Origin: a virus
IMG/VR virus record: IMGVR_UViG_3300032562_000005
Strand: one strand, 5' to 3'
Length of the DNA: 64,000 bases
Each line of letters opens with the position of its first letter. The first letter of the stretch is position 1. The position numbers and the translations under genes were made by a program. Below the pieces are notes generated by a model. The model was not told the DNA's origin and ran no database searches. It saw only the letters and a list, made by a program, of their open reading frames with translations. Shown piece by piece: positions 28,345 to 38,320 of this stretch.

Positions 28345-28758
28345 TTATTGTAATATGTCAAACCAAATATTTTGCTCATTGCCTGTAACAACCAAAAATG
28401 GAGTTAAATTTTTATTATTTCCCAAACCTACTAGCATAGGAACTCCTGCCGAGTCAGACAATAACATTTCAGTCGGGTTTTCTTCGGGCCCAAACACATA
28501 GGGTGTTTCGGTTTCAAATTCAAAACTCCAAATATTATTGTCTTTCTTGGGTGTTTGTAATCGAGAAATTTGTGTTCGCAAACTGATTAATTGAGTAATA
28601 GTTTCCCAATTTCTTTGTTGATTTCTGGCTTTATTCCACGATAATTCGTCTTCGATACTATTACCATCTGAATCTTTGAACGGAATTCGTGATGATTTAT
28701 AATGTCCAGTAACGCCAGTGACAGTAATATCAAAGAAGGTTTTACAAGTAAATCTCAT
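28345..28758 (-). CDS. Hypothetical protein
   Basis: FDITVTGV...RNQQRNWET. Confidence 0.65.
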   Translation of the reverse strand: MRFTCKTFFDITVTGVTGHYKSSRIPFKDSDGNSIEDELSWNKARNQQRNWETITQLISLRTQISRLQTPKKDNNIWSFEFETETPYVFGPEENPTEMLLSDSAGVPMLVGLGNNKNLTPFLVVTGNEQNIWFDILQ

Positions 28759-29009
28759 TCTGAACTTTTAGACAGTTCATATAAAATTTCAACTTGCTCA
28801 CATAATTCATCGAGTGCCGTATTACCATTTCTAGCATGAAATATTTCCATCCAACGGCGTTGTCGTTCGATATCTGCTAATTCTTTATCCAATAAAGGAT
28901 CTCGCGAATGTAATTCTCGATGTTGTTGCCCAGGCTGCCTAGCATATACTGTGCGGCCGCCATCTGGACTTTCGAATATGGTAACTTCTGTAATCTTACT
29001 AACTGTCAT
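28755..29009 (-). CDS. Hypothetical phage protein
   Basis: IFESPDGGRTVYAR motif. Confidence 0.7.
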   Translation of the reverse strand: MTVSKITEVTIFESPDGGRTVYARQPGQQHRELHSRDPLLDKELADIERQRRWMEIFHARNGNTALDELCEQVEILYELSKSSE

Positions 29010-29019
29010 AATATAGGTA

Positions 29020-29058
29020 TATTTAACCCATTGTAACTAGCATAGAAATTAAAGTCAA
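29020..29058 (-). promoter_or_regulatory. Tandem sigma70 (TTGACT-17-TACAAT) and late (TAAATA) promoters
   Basis: -35 29053-29058, -10 29030-29035, TAAATA 29020-29025. Confidence 0.6.
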
Positions 29059-29059
29059 C

Positions 29060-29083
29060 AAAAAAGCACCTTGCGGTGCTTTT
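29060..29083 (-). terminator. Intrinsic terminator (GCACC-GCAA-GGTGC-T6)
   Basis: GC stem, GNRA loop, U tract. Confidence 0.9.
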
Positions 29084-29105
29084 GTGCTTTAAAGTAAACT
29101 TTAAA

Positions 29106-29555
29106 TTAGCTGTCACTAGTAGCTGTAGAAGCTAAACGGAAACCAACATTAGTAACTGTAGCTGCTGCTACGTTACAATATGTTCCAGCTGTTGAGTTTT
29201 GGATATTGCCCAATGCTTGGATAGTAGCTTGCAAAGTTGTAGCTGTGTAAGCTGCTGTTGGGTAAATTGCTAAACTCATGTTAACTGTGTTAGCTGTGTT
29301 ATCTACTTGATAGATAGCAACTGTAGCTGTCTGTTGAATTGTTTGAAGAATCAACTGAACTGCGCCGTTAACACCAGCTTGGTTATAAGCTGAATTACCT
29401 AAGCCAACGCCAAAAAAGTCTAATTTTGGACCAGCAAAGTTTGTTGGTGTGCCAGCAGGTGTGTATGCTGTGTTTGCTGCTAACTGTGGTCCGTTAAGAA
29501 CGTCAGTTGCAAATACTGGTTGTGAACCGCCTGATACTAATGGAATTTGTGCCAT
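29106..29555 (-). CDS. Probable abundant virion protein (capsid decoration-like)
   Basis: Own late promoter (29597-29602), AGGAG SD, biased codons (GCT/ACA/AAC), own terminator. Confidence 0.6.
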   Translation of the reverse strand: MAQIPLVSGGSQPVFATDVLNGPQLAANTAYTPAGTPTNFAGPKLDFFGVGLGNSAYNQAGVNGAVQLILQTIQQTATVAIYQVDNTANTVNMSLAIYPTAAYTATTLQATIQALGNIQNSTAGTYCNVAAATVTNVGFRLASTATSDS

Positions 29556-29635
29556 TTTAAATCTCCTAAGTTAATTGGTCTCAAAGGACCTGCATGTATT
29601 TAGTCAGAAGATAAAAAATGGGGGTTTTGGATATA

Positions 29636-29770
29636 TTATTCTGTCGGAGTTGGGGTACTATTAGCTATATTACCGCCATATTCTTGGACATTTGCTGGTA
29701 TAGGAGCAATACGCTGATCTACAGTGAATACTGGTTGTGAGCCGCCCGATACCAATGGAATTTGTGCCAT
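29636..29770 (-). CDS. 44-aa partial paralog of 29106-29555; absent from ORF track
   Basis: First 15 aa identical (MAQIPLVSGGSQPVF); TAAATA 5 nt upstream. Confidence 0.7.
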   Translation of the reverse strand: MAQIPLVSGGSQPVFTVDQRIAPIPANVQEYGGNIANSTPTPTE

Positions 29771-29778
29771 AAAAATAT

Positions 29779-31689
29779 TTAGTTGGCTGGTGCGTTTTGA
29801 CGGCGATTTGCTCTAGAAAAGTCAAATCTATTAACAAATTTAGTCATTCCGCCTGGATGTGATATAACCCAGCCCTCTTGTCCTGGATGTTGGCGATCCA
29901 ATTGCTGTAACATATCCATCTTAATATTATGTAACAATACAAAGGCAGAAAATGCGGCACTTAATCCATCCATATTACTTCTTGGACTTTGTAAATATTC
30001 AACAATGTTATTATACTTGCGCGGTGTTACTTTAGTTTGTAACCATTTAGCAAATCCTGGAACTAGTGTGCTCACATCAAAATCTGCCACAGTATCATCT
30101 TTAACTAGACTATTAATATAATCTACACATAAACGAGGTAAATCGCTGATTTGTAACTGTCTAAGTTCAGCAGGACTAAACAAAGTATTGATTGCTTGCC
30201 CGTGTCCACTGACTAAACCTTTTAATTGTTTGACTAAACTACTATCAGTTGGCTTAACATTCTCTTTAGGAGTAATAGGCTCAATAAGCAATAAGCCTGG
30301 AACTGAATTTAATTTTACATTTCCCAAAGGCTCTTTGCCAGCGCCTTGCTCTTTATAGTAAGTGTGGATAGCAATGCCAACTTGACTGCCAGCAATTTCT
30401 TGTCCTAGTTTTGAACTAACAGGAATATTATATTCTACAGTATTTGGTTTGAATACAAAAGCCCCAGATACTTCAGGCGGGGTACTTGTATAAAGTAAAT
30501 CGCCTTGTATATAACCCCTAAAATCTTTAGGTGTGGCTTGCTCTAACATAGGCCAAAGTGTTTGGTAGATAGGAGCCAATTGCGCCACACGATTCGCTGA
30601 TAAACCTTTTGCTTTAGCTTCAGCATCGCGGTTAGCTAAATGTTGTGTAATTTGTTTTGGACTTGTAAACAATCCCTGATAGCCAACTGCGCCAAACCCA
30701 GCTACATCTGTTAATACAAAAGTGCCATCTGGTTCCCGACCAAATACTACTGCTGGTTTTCCGTCCCATTTCACAGTAACAGATGATGTTGTGTTATCTT
30801 TAAGATGCGCTATAACTGCTAATGCTTCTTTGATGCCAGCTGTCCCTTTGCGGAATACCAAGTCTTCGATATGTTCAATACCCTTAGCTTGTCCGCCTTT
30901 AACTTCAGTATTTTCGATTAATTTTGCCATTCCTTTGTTAACAATACGGTCACGCAAGCGAGCCAAGAAGTTTGTGTCTGACTCACCGCGTGTTTCAAAG
31001 AATGGTACTCCTGCTTTAGTAAAGTGATCTCGAGCTTGTGCTAATTTTTCATCTTTCTTAGGATCATTTTGTAGTGCCTGGACAATAGTTTCCACAGAGT
31101 AGAGGTCATCCTTCGTAGCTCTAGGGTTAAGTAAAATTTTAGCGATCTTGTCTGGATCGGTTTCAACAACTTCTTCATTAGCACGATTAATAATACCACG
31201 GCGCTGATCTAGTTTATATCCTAATGCTTTAGCAACTGAGTTAATTAATATATTACGATCTGACCCTTTATATTCTGAATTTGCCGGAGCAGACAAAAAG
31301 AATTTACCTACTCCTAAATTTTTCATAAACATAAAATCGGTTTGTACATAGCCGTTATTAGGGTTTCCGTTTATAGGAGTTTTAAAATGTATATTGGTGC
31401 CTGCTTTTTTAACATATTCATTTGGTTTTAAATTATGGCTAGTACACCATTGTGTAAGTTCTGCGGCTAATTGCTCAGGAGAAATTTCATTAATATCTAC
31501 AGCTACATCTAAGTCTCCCGATGTAGGCTTCAATCCTGTACTACCTAAAGTATTATTTTGTAAATCAATATCCAACATTTGCTCAAGCCAATTTAATGTA
31601 GGCTTAACATCCGTTTGGTTAATTCGTTGTGTTAGGGCTTGGCCGTCTCCGTTTTTAAAAACATTGCCGCCTTCTTTTAATAATCTCAT
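29779..31689 (-). CDS. Fusion of Pol-beta-type nucleotidyltransferase and ATP-dependent ligase-like domain
   Basis: LGSTG...SGDLDVAVD and VQTDFM; then VKWDG, IQGDLLY, QEGWV, TKFVNR. Confidence 0.7.
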   Translation of the reverse strand: MRLLKEGGNVFKNGDGQALTQRINQTDVKPTLNWLEQMLDIDLQNNTLGSTGLKPTSGDLDVAVDINEISPEQLAAELTQWCTSHNLKPNEYVKKAGTNIHFKTPINGNPNNGYVQTDFMFMKNLGVGKFFLSAPANSEYKGSDRNILINSVAKALGYKLDQRRGIINRANEEVVETDPDKIAKILLNPRATKDDLYSVETIVQALQNDPKKDEKLAQARDHFTKAGVPFFETRGESDTNFLARLRDRIVNKGMAKLIENTEVKGGQAKGIEHIEDLVFRKGTAGIKEALAVIAHLKDNTTSSVTVKWDGKPAVVFGREPDGTFVLTDVAGFGAVGYQGLFTSPKQITQHLANRDAEAKAKGLSANRVAQLAPIYQTLWPMLEQATPKDFRGYIQGDLLYTSTPPEVSGAFVFKPNTVEYNIPVSSKLGQEIAGSQVGIAIHTYYKEQGAGKEPLGNVKLNSVPGLLLIEPITPKENVKPTDSSLVKQLKGLVSGHGQAINTLFSPAELRQLQISDLPRLCVDYINSLVKDDTVADFDVSTLVPGFAKWLQTKVTPRKYNNIVEYLQSPRSNMDGLSAAFSAFVLLHNIKMDMLQQLDRQHPGQEGWVISHPGGMTKFVNRFDFSRANRRQNAPAN

Positions 31690-32768
31690 CGTTTTTTTAC
31701 CGCTTGTATTAATTTATCAATTGTTTGAGAACCAGTATTTGGATTACTGATTGTTTCACCGTTTTGTTGAATTTTTTGTTGTAATGTAGCAATAGCTGTA
31801 GGACTTATACCTAGTTGTTGGGCAATACCTTGCTGGGCATACTGGGCACTCGGTGATACTCCTGCTTGCCCTTGAGCTTGTTGACCTTGCGAAATTCTGC
31901 TAACAGAGCTTAATGCTAAATCAACATATTGTTGAAAAGCTCTATCAATATCTTGCGGAGTTTTTGCTACTTTCATTGTATCGAAAATAGTAGATAATTT
32001 TTGCTTAACTTCATCTGGTACACTTTGTAATCCTGGAATATGTTGACTTATCCAAGTATTAAAATCTTTAGCAATATCTTTTTTCTGTGGTCCATTGGCT
32101 GGCTGTGTAACGCCAGGAGTTCTGGCTCTAGCCTTCATAGTTGCTAATCTATTTGGATTAATACGAGCCTCTTTAGTTACTTGCGGTGCTGCGGCATTAG
32201 ATTTTACTGGAGCTACAGGCGGAACAGCCGAAGGATTTAATTGAACTCCTTTGGGATTATCTGCCTTGGCATTTAACATAGCAACAGATTTAGGATTAGT
32301 AATTTTTTGTCCAGTTTCGTCAGTCCATGTACCACTATTATCTTTTGTGTACGACGTAGGCGAAGTAGTTCCAGGTTGCTGAATTTGCACAGTAATTCCG
32401 CCTTCGTCGGCCGCAGGGCCTGCTCCGCCAGTTTTAATATCAAACTCCTGGTCAAATGCTTTTTGTAATTGTGCTATTTTTTGTTGTTGCTGTTGTTTTA
32501 CTCTAGTAGGTGTAGGCGCTTGAGCTGCTGGTGTAGTAGTGTCAACATTGAATCCTTTACGCTGAAGTGCCTGTGCTGCTTTTGCTGATTGGGCATTTCT
32601 TTTATCTTGTTTTTTATCCCACTGTTTTTCTTGGGCACGATCGCCAGCCGCAATAAATTTATCCTTGGCGTTAGCATACCCAGTCTTAGTTGCGCTAACT
32701 GCTTTTTTAACTGAATCTAAAATGCCTTCGTCTGTGCGTTGGAGTTTAGTTATTTCATGAATTTGCAT
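31686..32768 (-). CDS. Putative internal head protein
   Basis: MQIHEI..TDEG N-terminus; K/Q/A-rich low complexity. Confidence 0.55.
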   Translation of the reverse strand: MQIHEITKLQRTDEGILDSVKKAVSATKTGYANAKDKFIAAGDRAQEKQWDKKQDKRNAQSAKAAQALQRKGFNVDTTTPAAQAPTPTRVKQQQQQKIAQLQKAFDQEFDIKTGGAGPAADEGGITVQIQQPGTTSPTSYTKDNSGTWTDETGQKITNPKSVAMLNAKADNPKGVQLNPSAVPPVAPVKSNAAAPQVTKEARINPNRLATMKARARTPGVTQPANGPQKKDIAKDFNTWISQHIPGLQSVPDEVKQKLSTIFDTMKVAKTPQDIDRAFQQYVDLALSSVSRISQGQQAQGQAGVSPSAQYAQQGIAQQLGISPTAIATLQQKIQQNGETISNPNTGSQTIDKLIQAVKKR

Positions 32769-33003
32769 CAGTCTTCCTTACGGTGCGAGTAAACTTGCCT
32801 GGGTCGCGAAGTTTAATAGCATTAATTAATTTGCGTGTAAGGTTATCTGCTTGCTCGGGTGTATAAGACTCGTCAATTTGCTCTAGCAAGCGAATGGCAC
32901 TTGCAATGATATTAGTCGCACGATTTTCGATAACATGACGCTGATCACGCTCGATATACATACTATCTAATTCTTCTAATAAACTACGGGTTTTCTTTTG
33001 CAT
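32755..33003 (-). CDS. Hypothetical late protein
   Basis: MQKKTRSLLEEL; TAAATA at 33024-33029. Confidence 0.65.
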   Translation of the reverse strand: MQKKTRSLLEELDSMYIERDQRHVIENRATNIIASAIRLLEQIDESYTPEQADNLTRKLINAIKLRDPGKFTRTVRKTDANS

Positions 33004-33056
33004 ATTTGCCAGAACCTTTTTATTATTTATTACAATTTGAATTATGGGCTCTGTAA

Positions 33057-34460
33057 TTAATTAGGTTTAATTTGCCCTAATAATGCCTTTAATTTGCTAC
33101 TTTGTACTTCTGCCGTAATTTTAGCTACTTCTCCAGTATCGGAATCTATAGTTTCCCCACTGCTAACCCTGCTTTGGGTTTTAATATTGTCGTAAATGTT
33201 AGATTTTTTAAATGAATTTACTGGAGTCGCATCTTCAGGTAAATCAGTAATACGCATAGTTTCGATATTATAGTCTAATTCAACTTTTTGTCCTGTGCCG
33301 TTAGATGTACGAGTTTTCATACATTGTAATTGATAGCGTCCACGCTCTTTCATAGCACGACTTGTAAAGATACCAAACACATTATCTGCCGTATTAATCT
33401 TACTAATACCACCGGAAATATGACTGTGGTCAAATTCAATTTCTTCCACAGCCGCACGATTTAACTGCGAAGCTGTTACTAGTAATACATTAAGTTCTTT
33501 AGCTAAGTTACGCAATTCTTCCGAAACATACTTGTCTTTAACGAACAAATCATTTGGGCTCACTTTAGCACTTACTGGCATTAATAAGTCCAAGTAGTCA
33601 ACCATTACAAAGTCAATCTTGATGCCTGTTTGTACTTGTACTTCTTTTAAGTAACTGCGGACATCATTAATATTACTTTGCGCTGGCAATGCCTTAACAC
33701 GATATTGCCCAGACTTTTTACCAAACATTTTAATCTTTAATTCTGCTGTTTCTAAATCCTTGCGAATATCTTTAGTTCCCATACCTGCTAGCATCGCATC
33801 AGTACGCAATCCAACTAGCTCTTCTGAAAGTTCTAAACTGATATATGCCCCACTAAGGCCTTGTTCTAACCACGCTAACGCAATATTCATCATAACAAGC
33901 GATTTACCTGAACCAGATCCGCCTGCGAAAATGTTAAGTTCTCCACGACTAAATCCACCATAAAGAATTCTATCTAAACTTGGCCAGCCAGTACTTACTT
34001 GTCCGCCACTATTAAAGTACTTGTCATTACGAGCTCGCGGATCAGCAAAATAATCTGTGCCCATATCTTTTTGTAAACTAATTTGAACTGCGTCTTTAAT
34101 TAATTTTTCTACTGGATCAAAATCACCTTTGTCCAACATATCATATGATTTAAGAATTGCTCTACTAAGTTCTTCTTTCTTAGTAAAACCTTCGAATTCT
34201 TCCATAAACCAATCTAAATTACCTTCAGGTAATTCTGGAAGTGTTTCTAGTTTAGATCCGGTTGCCGCATTAATTTGCTGTAATACTGGCAATGAGCCAT
34301 GCTCTTCAAAGTGAATTTTTACAAACTCAGCCGCAGTTCGCAAACTACGGTCAAAATTTTCTGGATTGTAAATATTTTGAACTCGCACAAATGATTCAGC
34401 ATCACTGAGCATCATTTCCAAGAATAATTTTTGTACTTCAATACTATAATCTTTTAACAA
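33057..34460 (-). CDS. Replicative helicase (gp41/DnaB-like)
   Basis: GGSGSGKS, SLELSE, VDYLDL, TASQLNR, KTR. Confidence 0.95.
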   Translation of the reverse strand: MLKDYSIEVQKLFLEMMLSDAESFVRVQNIYNPENFDRSLRTAAEFVKIHFEEHGSLPVLQQINAATGSKLETLPELPEGNLDWFMEEFEGFTKKEELSRAILKSYDMLDKGDFDPVEKLIKDAVQISLQKDMGTDYFADPRARNDKYFNSGGQVSTGWPSLDRILYGGFSRGELNIFAGGSGSGKSLVMMNIALAWLEQGLSGAYISLELSEELVGLRTDAMLAGMGTKDIRKDLETAELKIKMFGKKSGQYRVKALPAQSNINDVRSYLKEVQVQTGIKIDFVMVDYLDLLMPVSAKVSPNDLFVKDKYVSEELRNLAKELNVLLVTASQLNRAAVEEIEFDHSHISGGISKINTADNVFGIFTSRAMKERGRYQLQCMKTRTSNGTGQKVELDYNIETMRITDLPEDATPVNSFKKSNIYDNIKTQSRVSSGETIDSDTGEVAKITAEVQSSKLKALLGQIKPN

Positions 34461-35424
34461 GTTGCTTCCTTTTTATTTCAATTTTATATTTGTTAGTTTC
34501 TCTAGATTGTAATATAGTTAGTAGTGTCGCTACCTTACCCATACAAATCACAGCATCGTTAACATCCTTAATGCCAGTGGGCCAATCTGGAATACTAACA
34601 GCCCAACCTAATTCTATTGCTTTATCTACTAATGCCATGCCAGCCTTATCTTGGTCTGGGACTACTGTAATAGTTTTTCCTAAACTTTTAATCACTTGTG
34701 CTTGCGTCGAATTAATATCATTATGTAATACGGCTAGCCCATTGATAGCTAGCGCATCGAATACTCCTTCGACTACAATAGTGTGTTGCCATGAATCTTT
34801 TTGTAAGTCAACTCCAAATACATATCCCTGTTGTGTATCTGAAATAAATTTAGGCATTCTGCCATCTATATATCTAGCAGAGTTACCTACCATCAAACCC
34901 TTGTGTGTAAAGGGTATTACAATTTGTTTGCTTAACCTGCCTGCCGCTTCTGGGCTTACCATATACGGATATGCCGTACAATCTATTCCACGACCTTCTA
35001 AGTATTCAATATACGGGAAATGTAGCGGATTGTCAAGATCCAATAGTTCCAAGTCTGCGGGTAAATCTCTTTCTTCAAATTCTACTGCCTTAATTATTGT
35101 TCGATTGCTTTCTAACATACCATTCATGGTACGATGTCTAAGACTTTCGATATTAATTTGTTCTATTACTTGTTGATCTACACCAATCCATTCTAATAAC
35201 TTACGAGCTTTAAATGATAAATTTCTTCCTAAAACAAAGCTAGCTGTGTACCCACAATTAAAACAGTGATAACTCCACCCACCTTCTGGCATAGGTTTTA
35301 GGCCGCCACGCTGTCTTTTGTCTTGACTATTGCCCCGATGAATACAACAAGGAGCGTTAAATGATATCCAGCCGGAACTAGTCTGTTTTCGTTTCGCAGG
35401 GAGAAAAGATATCACATCAATCAT
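34444..35424 (-). CDS. DNA primase (gp61-like)
   Basis: Zn ribbon PCC..HCFNC; TOPRIM VEGVFD, PDQDKAG, KDVND. Confidence 0.92.
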   Translation of the reverse strand: MIDVISFLPAKRKQTSSGWISFNAPCCIHRGNSQDKRQRGGLKPMPEGGWSYHCFNCGYTASFVLGRNLSFKARKLLEWIGVDQQVIEQINIESLRHRTMNGMLESNRTIIKAVEFEERDLPADLELLDLDNPLHFPYIEYLEGRGIDCTAYPYMVSPEAAGRLSKQIVIPFTHKGLMVGNSARYIDGRMPKFISDTQQGYVFGVDLQKDSWQHTIVVEGVFDALAINGLAVLHNDINSTQAQVIKSLGKTITVVPDQDKAGMALVDKAIELGWAVSIPDWPTGIKDVNDAVICMGKVATLLTILQSRETNKYKIEIKRKQLVKRL

Positions 35425-35430
35425 GCTATA

Positions 35431-35459
35431 ATTATAGCAGATTCAAACGATAAAATCAA
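35431..35459 (-). promoter_or_regulatory. Sigma70-type promoter TTGATT-17-TATAAT
   Basis: -10 lies 6 nt from primase ATG; no SD. Confidence 0.65.
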
Positions 35460-35462
35460 CGA

Positions 35463-36620
35463 TTAACGGTATAATATGTTCAAAACATATCCAGTCGAAA
35501 TAACTGGGAAGGCACCTTGATTAGCTGGAGGTACCGGATATGCCGCAGGATTAACGCCGCCAGAAGGTATTGGCCAATAGCCAGAACCACCGTGTACAAC
35601 ATTGAATCCAGTAACTGTACCATCTCCACTAATGTTGGCAGTAACTACTGCTCCAGAACCATTACCTACAATGTCTACTTGCGGCGGAGCCAAATATCCT
35701 GCGCCTGGATTAGTTACAACCACATCAGTAACTACACCCTCGTTACATACCGCGTAAGCCATTGCTGGAAAACCAGGTGGATTTGGTGTGGCAAAAATAC
35801 TGTTATTGAAACACAATCTAAGTAGTGGATACCAGCCCACTATATTCATATAAATGGTTCTAGTTTCGTTGTAATAAGTTGTAGAATCTGTACAGTTGTA
35901 CCAAATACTTTCATAGTTTTGTGCAAATTGTGCCTTGATAGTTCCTGTAAAACCTACTAAATCCATTTGAATTGTAGTAATATAGTTACGAGGTTCGATA
36001 AAACTTGAATAGAATTCTGTATTTTGATAATTGTTGTATCCGTTGGCATACCAACTACCATCCCCGCCATAATACCAGTTGCCAGCCCAACCTGGGTATT
36101 GCTCGTAACTTGCGCCACCATAACTTGTTTGTGAGCTTAAACTTGTAGTTGGAATTGTAAGCGGAACTGATGGCACAAACTGTGGGAAAACTGAATTAAC
36201 TAAATCAATAGGAGCGCGAGCACCTGCTTGAGCATTAGTAAATACCGCTTGATTTAGATTGCCACTTTGGCATGATATAGAATAAGAAGCTGGTTGAGCA
36301 ATTAATTCTAATGTATCTTCTGCTGGAATGAACACTTTTACCTGACCAGTAGCACCATTAAGAATAGTCATAGGTTCTTGTAACAATATCACAGTTCCTG
36401 CTGTATTTGTTACACGGAAAGTAAAGGTACATCCGTTAACATTTACAGGTTTTTCGTCCTGGTTAACAAATGAGAATAGGAGTACATTATCTACTCCTAA
36501 ATTAAGGGTTAGTCTTTTAGCGTACACGGGATCGTACCTCATAGTAAAGTATTGCCCACTGCTGTCGAGCAATAGCACCTGTGTTCGTTGTTGGTAGATA
36601 TAAGCGGTGGTTGAATACAT
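35463..36620 (-). CDS. Putative baseplate/tail structural protein
   Basis: GVDN...F.F.NQDEKPV N-domain; V..V.V.N.G.GY repeats; late promoter. Confidence 0.6.
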   Translation of the reverse strand: MYSTTAYIYQQRTQVLLLDSSGQYFTMRYDPVYAKRLTLNLGVDNVLLFSFVNQDEKPVNVNGCTFTFRVTNTAGTVILLQEPMTILNGATGQVKVFIPAEDTLELIAQPASYSISCQSGNLNQAVFTNAQAGARAPIDLVNSVFPQFVPSVPLTIPTTSLSSQTSYGGASYEQYPGWAGNWYYGGDGSWYANGYNNYQNTEFYSSFIEPRNYITTIQMDLVGFTGTIKAQFAQNYESIWYNCTDSTTYYNETRTIYMNIVGWYPLLRLCFNNSIFATPNPPGFPAMAYAVCNEGVVTDVVVTNPGAGYLAPPQVDIVGNGSGAVVTANISGDGTVTGFNVVHGGSGYWPIPSGGVNPAAYPVPPANQGAFPVISTGYVLNILYR

Positions 36621-36689
36621 ACATATTATTTAGCGATATTTAACGAGATATTTTTATACCATAAATATTCCAAACGATAACTATACTAG

Positions 36690-37067
36690 ATGACTTCAGA
36701 AATATTCACAAAATTAACCGACAAATACCCGTTTATAACGCTGTGTGTTTACGCTTCTCAAGAATACGTCGGGATTATACAAAATAGAGATGATGCTGTC
36801 ACTACTATCTATGACTTTGGCAGTATCACTGATTTAGAAGCAAAAAAGCTATTCTTAGAATTAGCTAATATTTGGTGGTGGGAAAGCAATCGTAGCATTC
36901 CTATTAACATATTTCTAAAGCAAGAATGGCACCCATTTAAGGGCTATTTGCGTACTTTTGTCAACAAAGATCTCGAAATATTACATGGCCCAGTATGCAG
37001 TTTAGCTGAAATGGGCCGCAAGAAAAGTAAACGAAAGAGTATTACTTTAGTCCGTAGAATGGATTAA
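36690..37067 (+). CDS. Hypothetical protein
   Basis: WWWESNRSIPINIFL; basic C-terminus; TAAATA at 36662-36667. Confidence 0.7.
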   Translation: MTSEIFTKLTDKYPFITLCVYASQEYVGIIQNRDDAVTTIYDFGSITDLEAKKLFLELANIWWWESNRSIPINIFLKQEWHPFKGYLRTFVNKDLEILHGPVCSLAEMGRKKSKRKSITLVRRMD

Positions 37068-37712
37068 GTTTGTTAGTTCGTTAAGAGTAATACTACTTTT
37101 CATACCCTTGCTACTATTTTTCTTAGCTTCTAATATCTGTAAATTTGCTGGGTGATTTACAATTTCTATACTTAAACCAGCATTCCACGCATCCATAATA
37201 CTAAATTTATGATCCACATGATAGGTCTGCTGACCTAATACATACCCTTGTTCGCGGGCCCATTGCTGAGCTTTGCTTCTAACACGTCGGGCATAATGTC
37301 TATAATCCTTGGCGGTTTGCGGATCAAGCATATTAGTTTTTTTAAGTTTAGTTTCTCTCATTTTTGCTAGCGGGCCTGGTTGCCCGCAGCAATGCTTGAA
37401 AAATGTTTCTCTAGTTTTTTCTTTACGATTGTCTGCGTTTTTCCAATCGTTAGAAACACGGGCTACCGCCCGTTTAACAGATGCAGGGCATTGATGAGAT
37501 ATTTTGTGACAACAATATTTCCCATTAGTGTTTTTAAATAGGGCAACCTGCCCACATCCTAAATCACAAATTTGTCCAGTTGGTATCGCTTCGTGTATTT
37601 GCTTATGGTAGTGATACATCTGCGGATTATTTGAGATATAATCGCAATGCTCACACTTACGAGGATATTGTATTTTTGATATTTTACTTAGACTGCCTTT
37701 TGGTCTTCCCAT
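37047..37712 (-). mobile_element. Free-standing HNH homing endonuclease with Zn-ribbons
   Basis: MGRPKG, CEHC, CDLGCG; YHVDHKFS...NHPANLQIL...NSSK. Confidence 0.8.
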
Positions 37713-37753
37713 AACTACTCCTTACAAGTATTTATTTAAGAAAACGCATTGTG

Positions 37754-38320
37754 TTATTTTTCTGACAATAAATTCATGTGCAACGCCACCAAGACGCTGT
37801 AAGAAATTGAATGGGCCTTTTTGAATGTAAAGCCTTTAGAATCATCCCCGTCCCAAACAGTTTCAAAGATTTCCTTCCAAGGTTTATTTTGTAAGTGGGC
37901 CTTACCTGGCCTAATAATCGCGATAAATGCCGCCATTCTTGGTATTGAATCTGGCTTCATTTTACTTAACAAGTCTGTATAATTTCCAATATGTACTAAC
38001 TGTTTAGCCCACTCGGGGTCAGTCCATAGTCTTTCCCACGGCGGTTGTTTATCTAGCATTGCTCGATAATGTTCAGGAGATTTAACTAATTGATAAACTG
38101 ACATATTAAGTAAGTCAATTTTAAAATATCCTCGTTGTTCGGCTTCCTCGTAATCGATAGCCGCACATTCATTTACTGGGTCATACGGAATATCAGTAAC
38201 ATATACACCTGATGCGTGACGTCTGACTTGATTTTGTGTGATCTGCCTGGCAGGAATAGCTTGAATAAGTTTTAAAACTTGTTCTCTGTCAGCTAAATCG
38301 ATATCAATATCTGCGCTCAT
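37754..38320 (-). CDS. Miniature DNA polymerase III alpha (DnaE)-like catalytic core, 188 aa (start at MSADIDID)
   Basis: DIDID, HASGV, FKIDLL, IRPG, FKKAHSISY in DnaE order. Confidence 0.8.
   Translation of the reverse strand: MSADIDIDLADREQVLKLIQAIPARQITQNQVRRHASGVYVTDIPYDPVNECAAIDYEEAEQRGYFKIDLLNMSVYQLVKSPEHYRAMLDKQPPWERLWTDPEWAKQLVHIGNYTDLLSKMKPDSIPRMAAFIAIIRPGKAHLQNKPWKEIFETVWDGDDSKGFTFKKAHSISYSVLVALHMNLLSEK

Noticed and set aside
34490-35176. 228-aa plus-strand ORF
   Set aside because: Fully antisense to primase; no recognisable motifs
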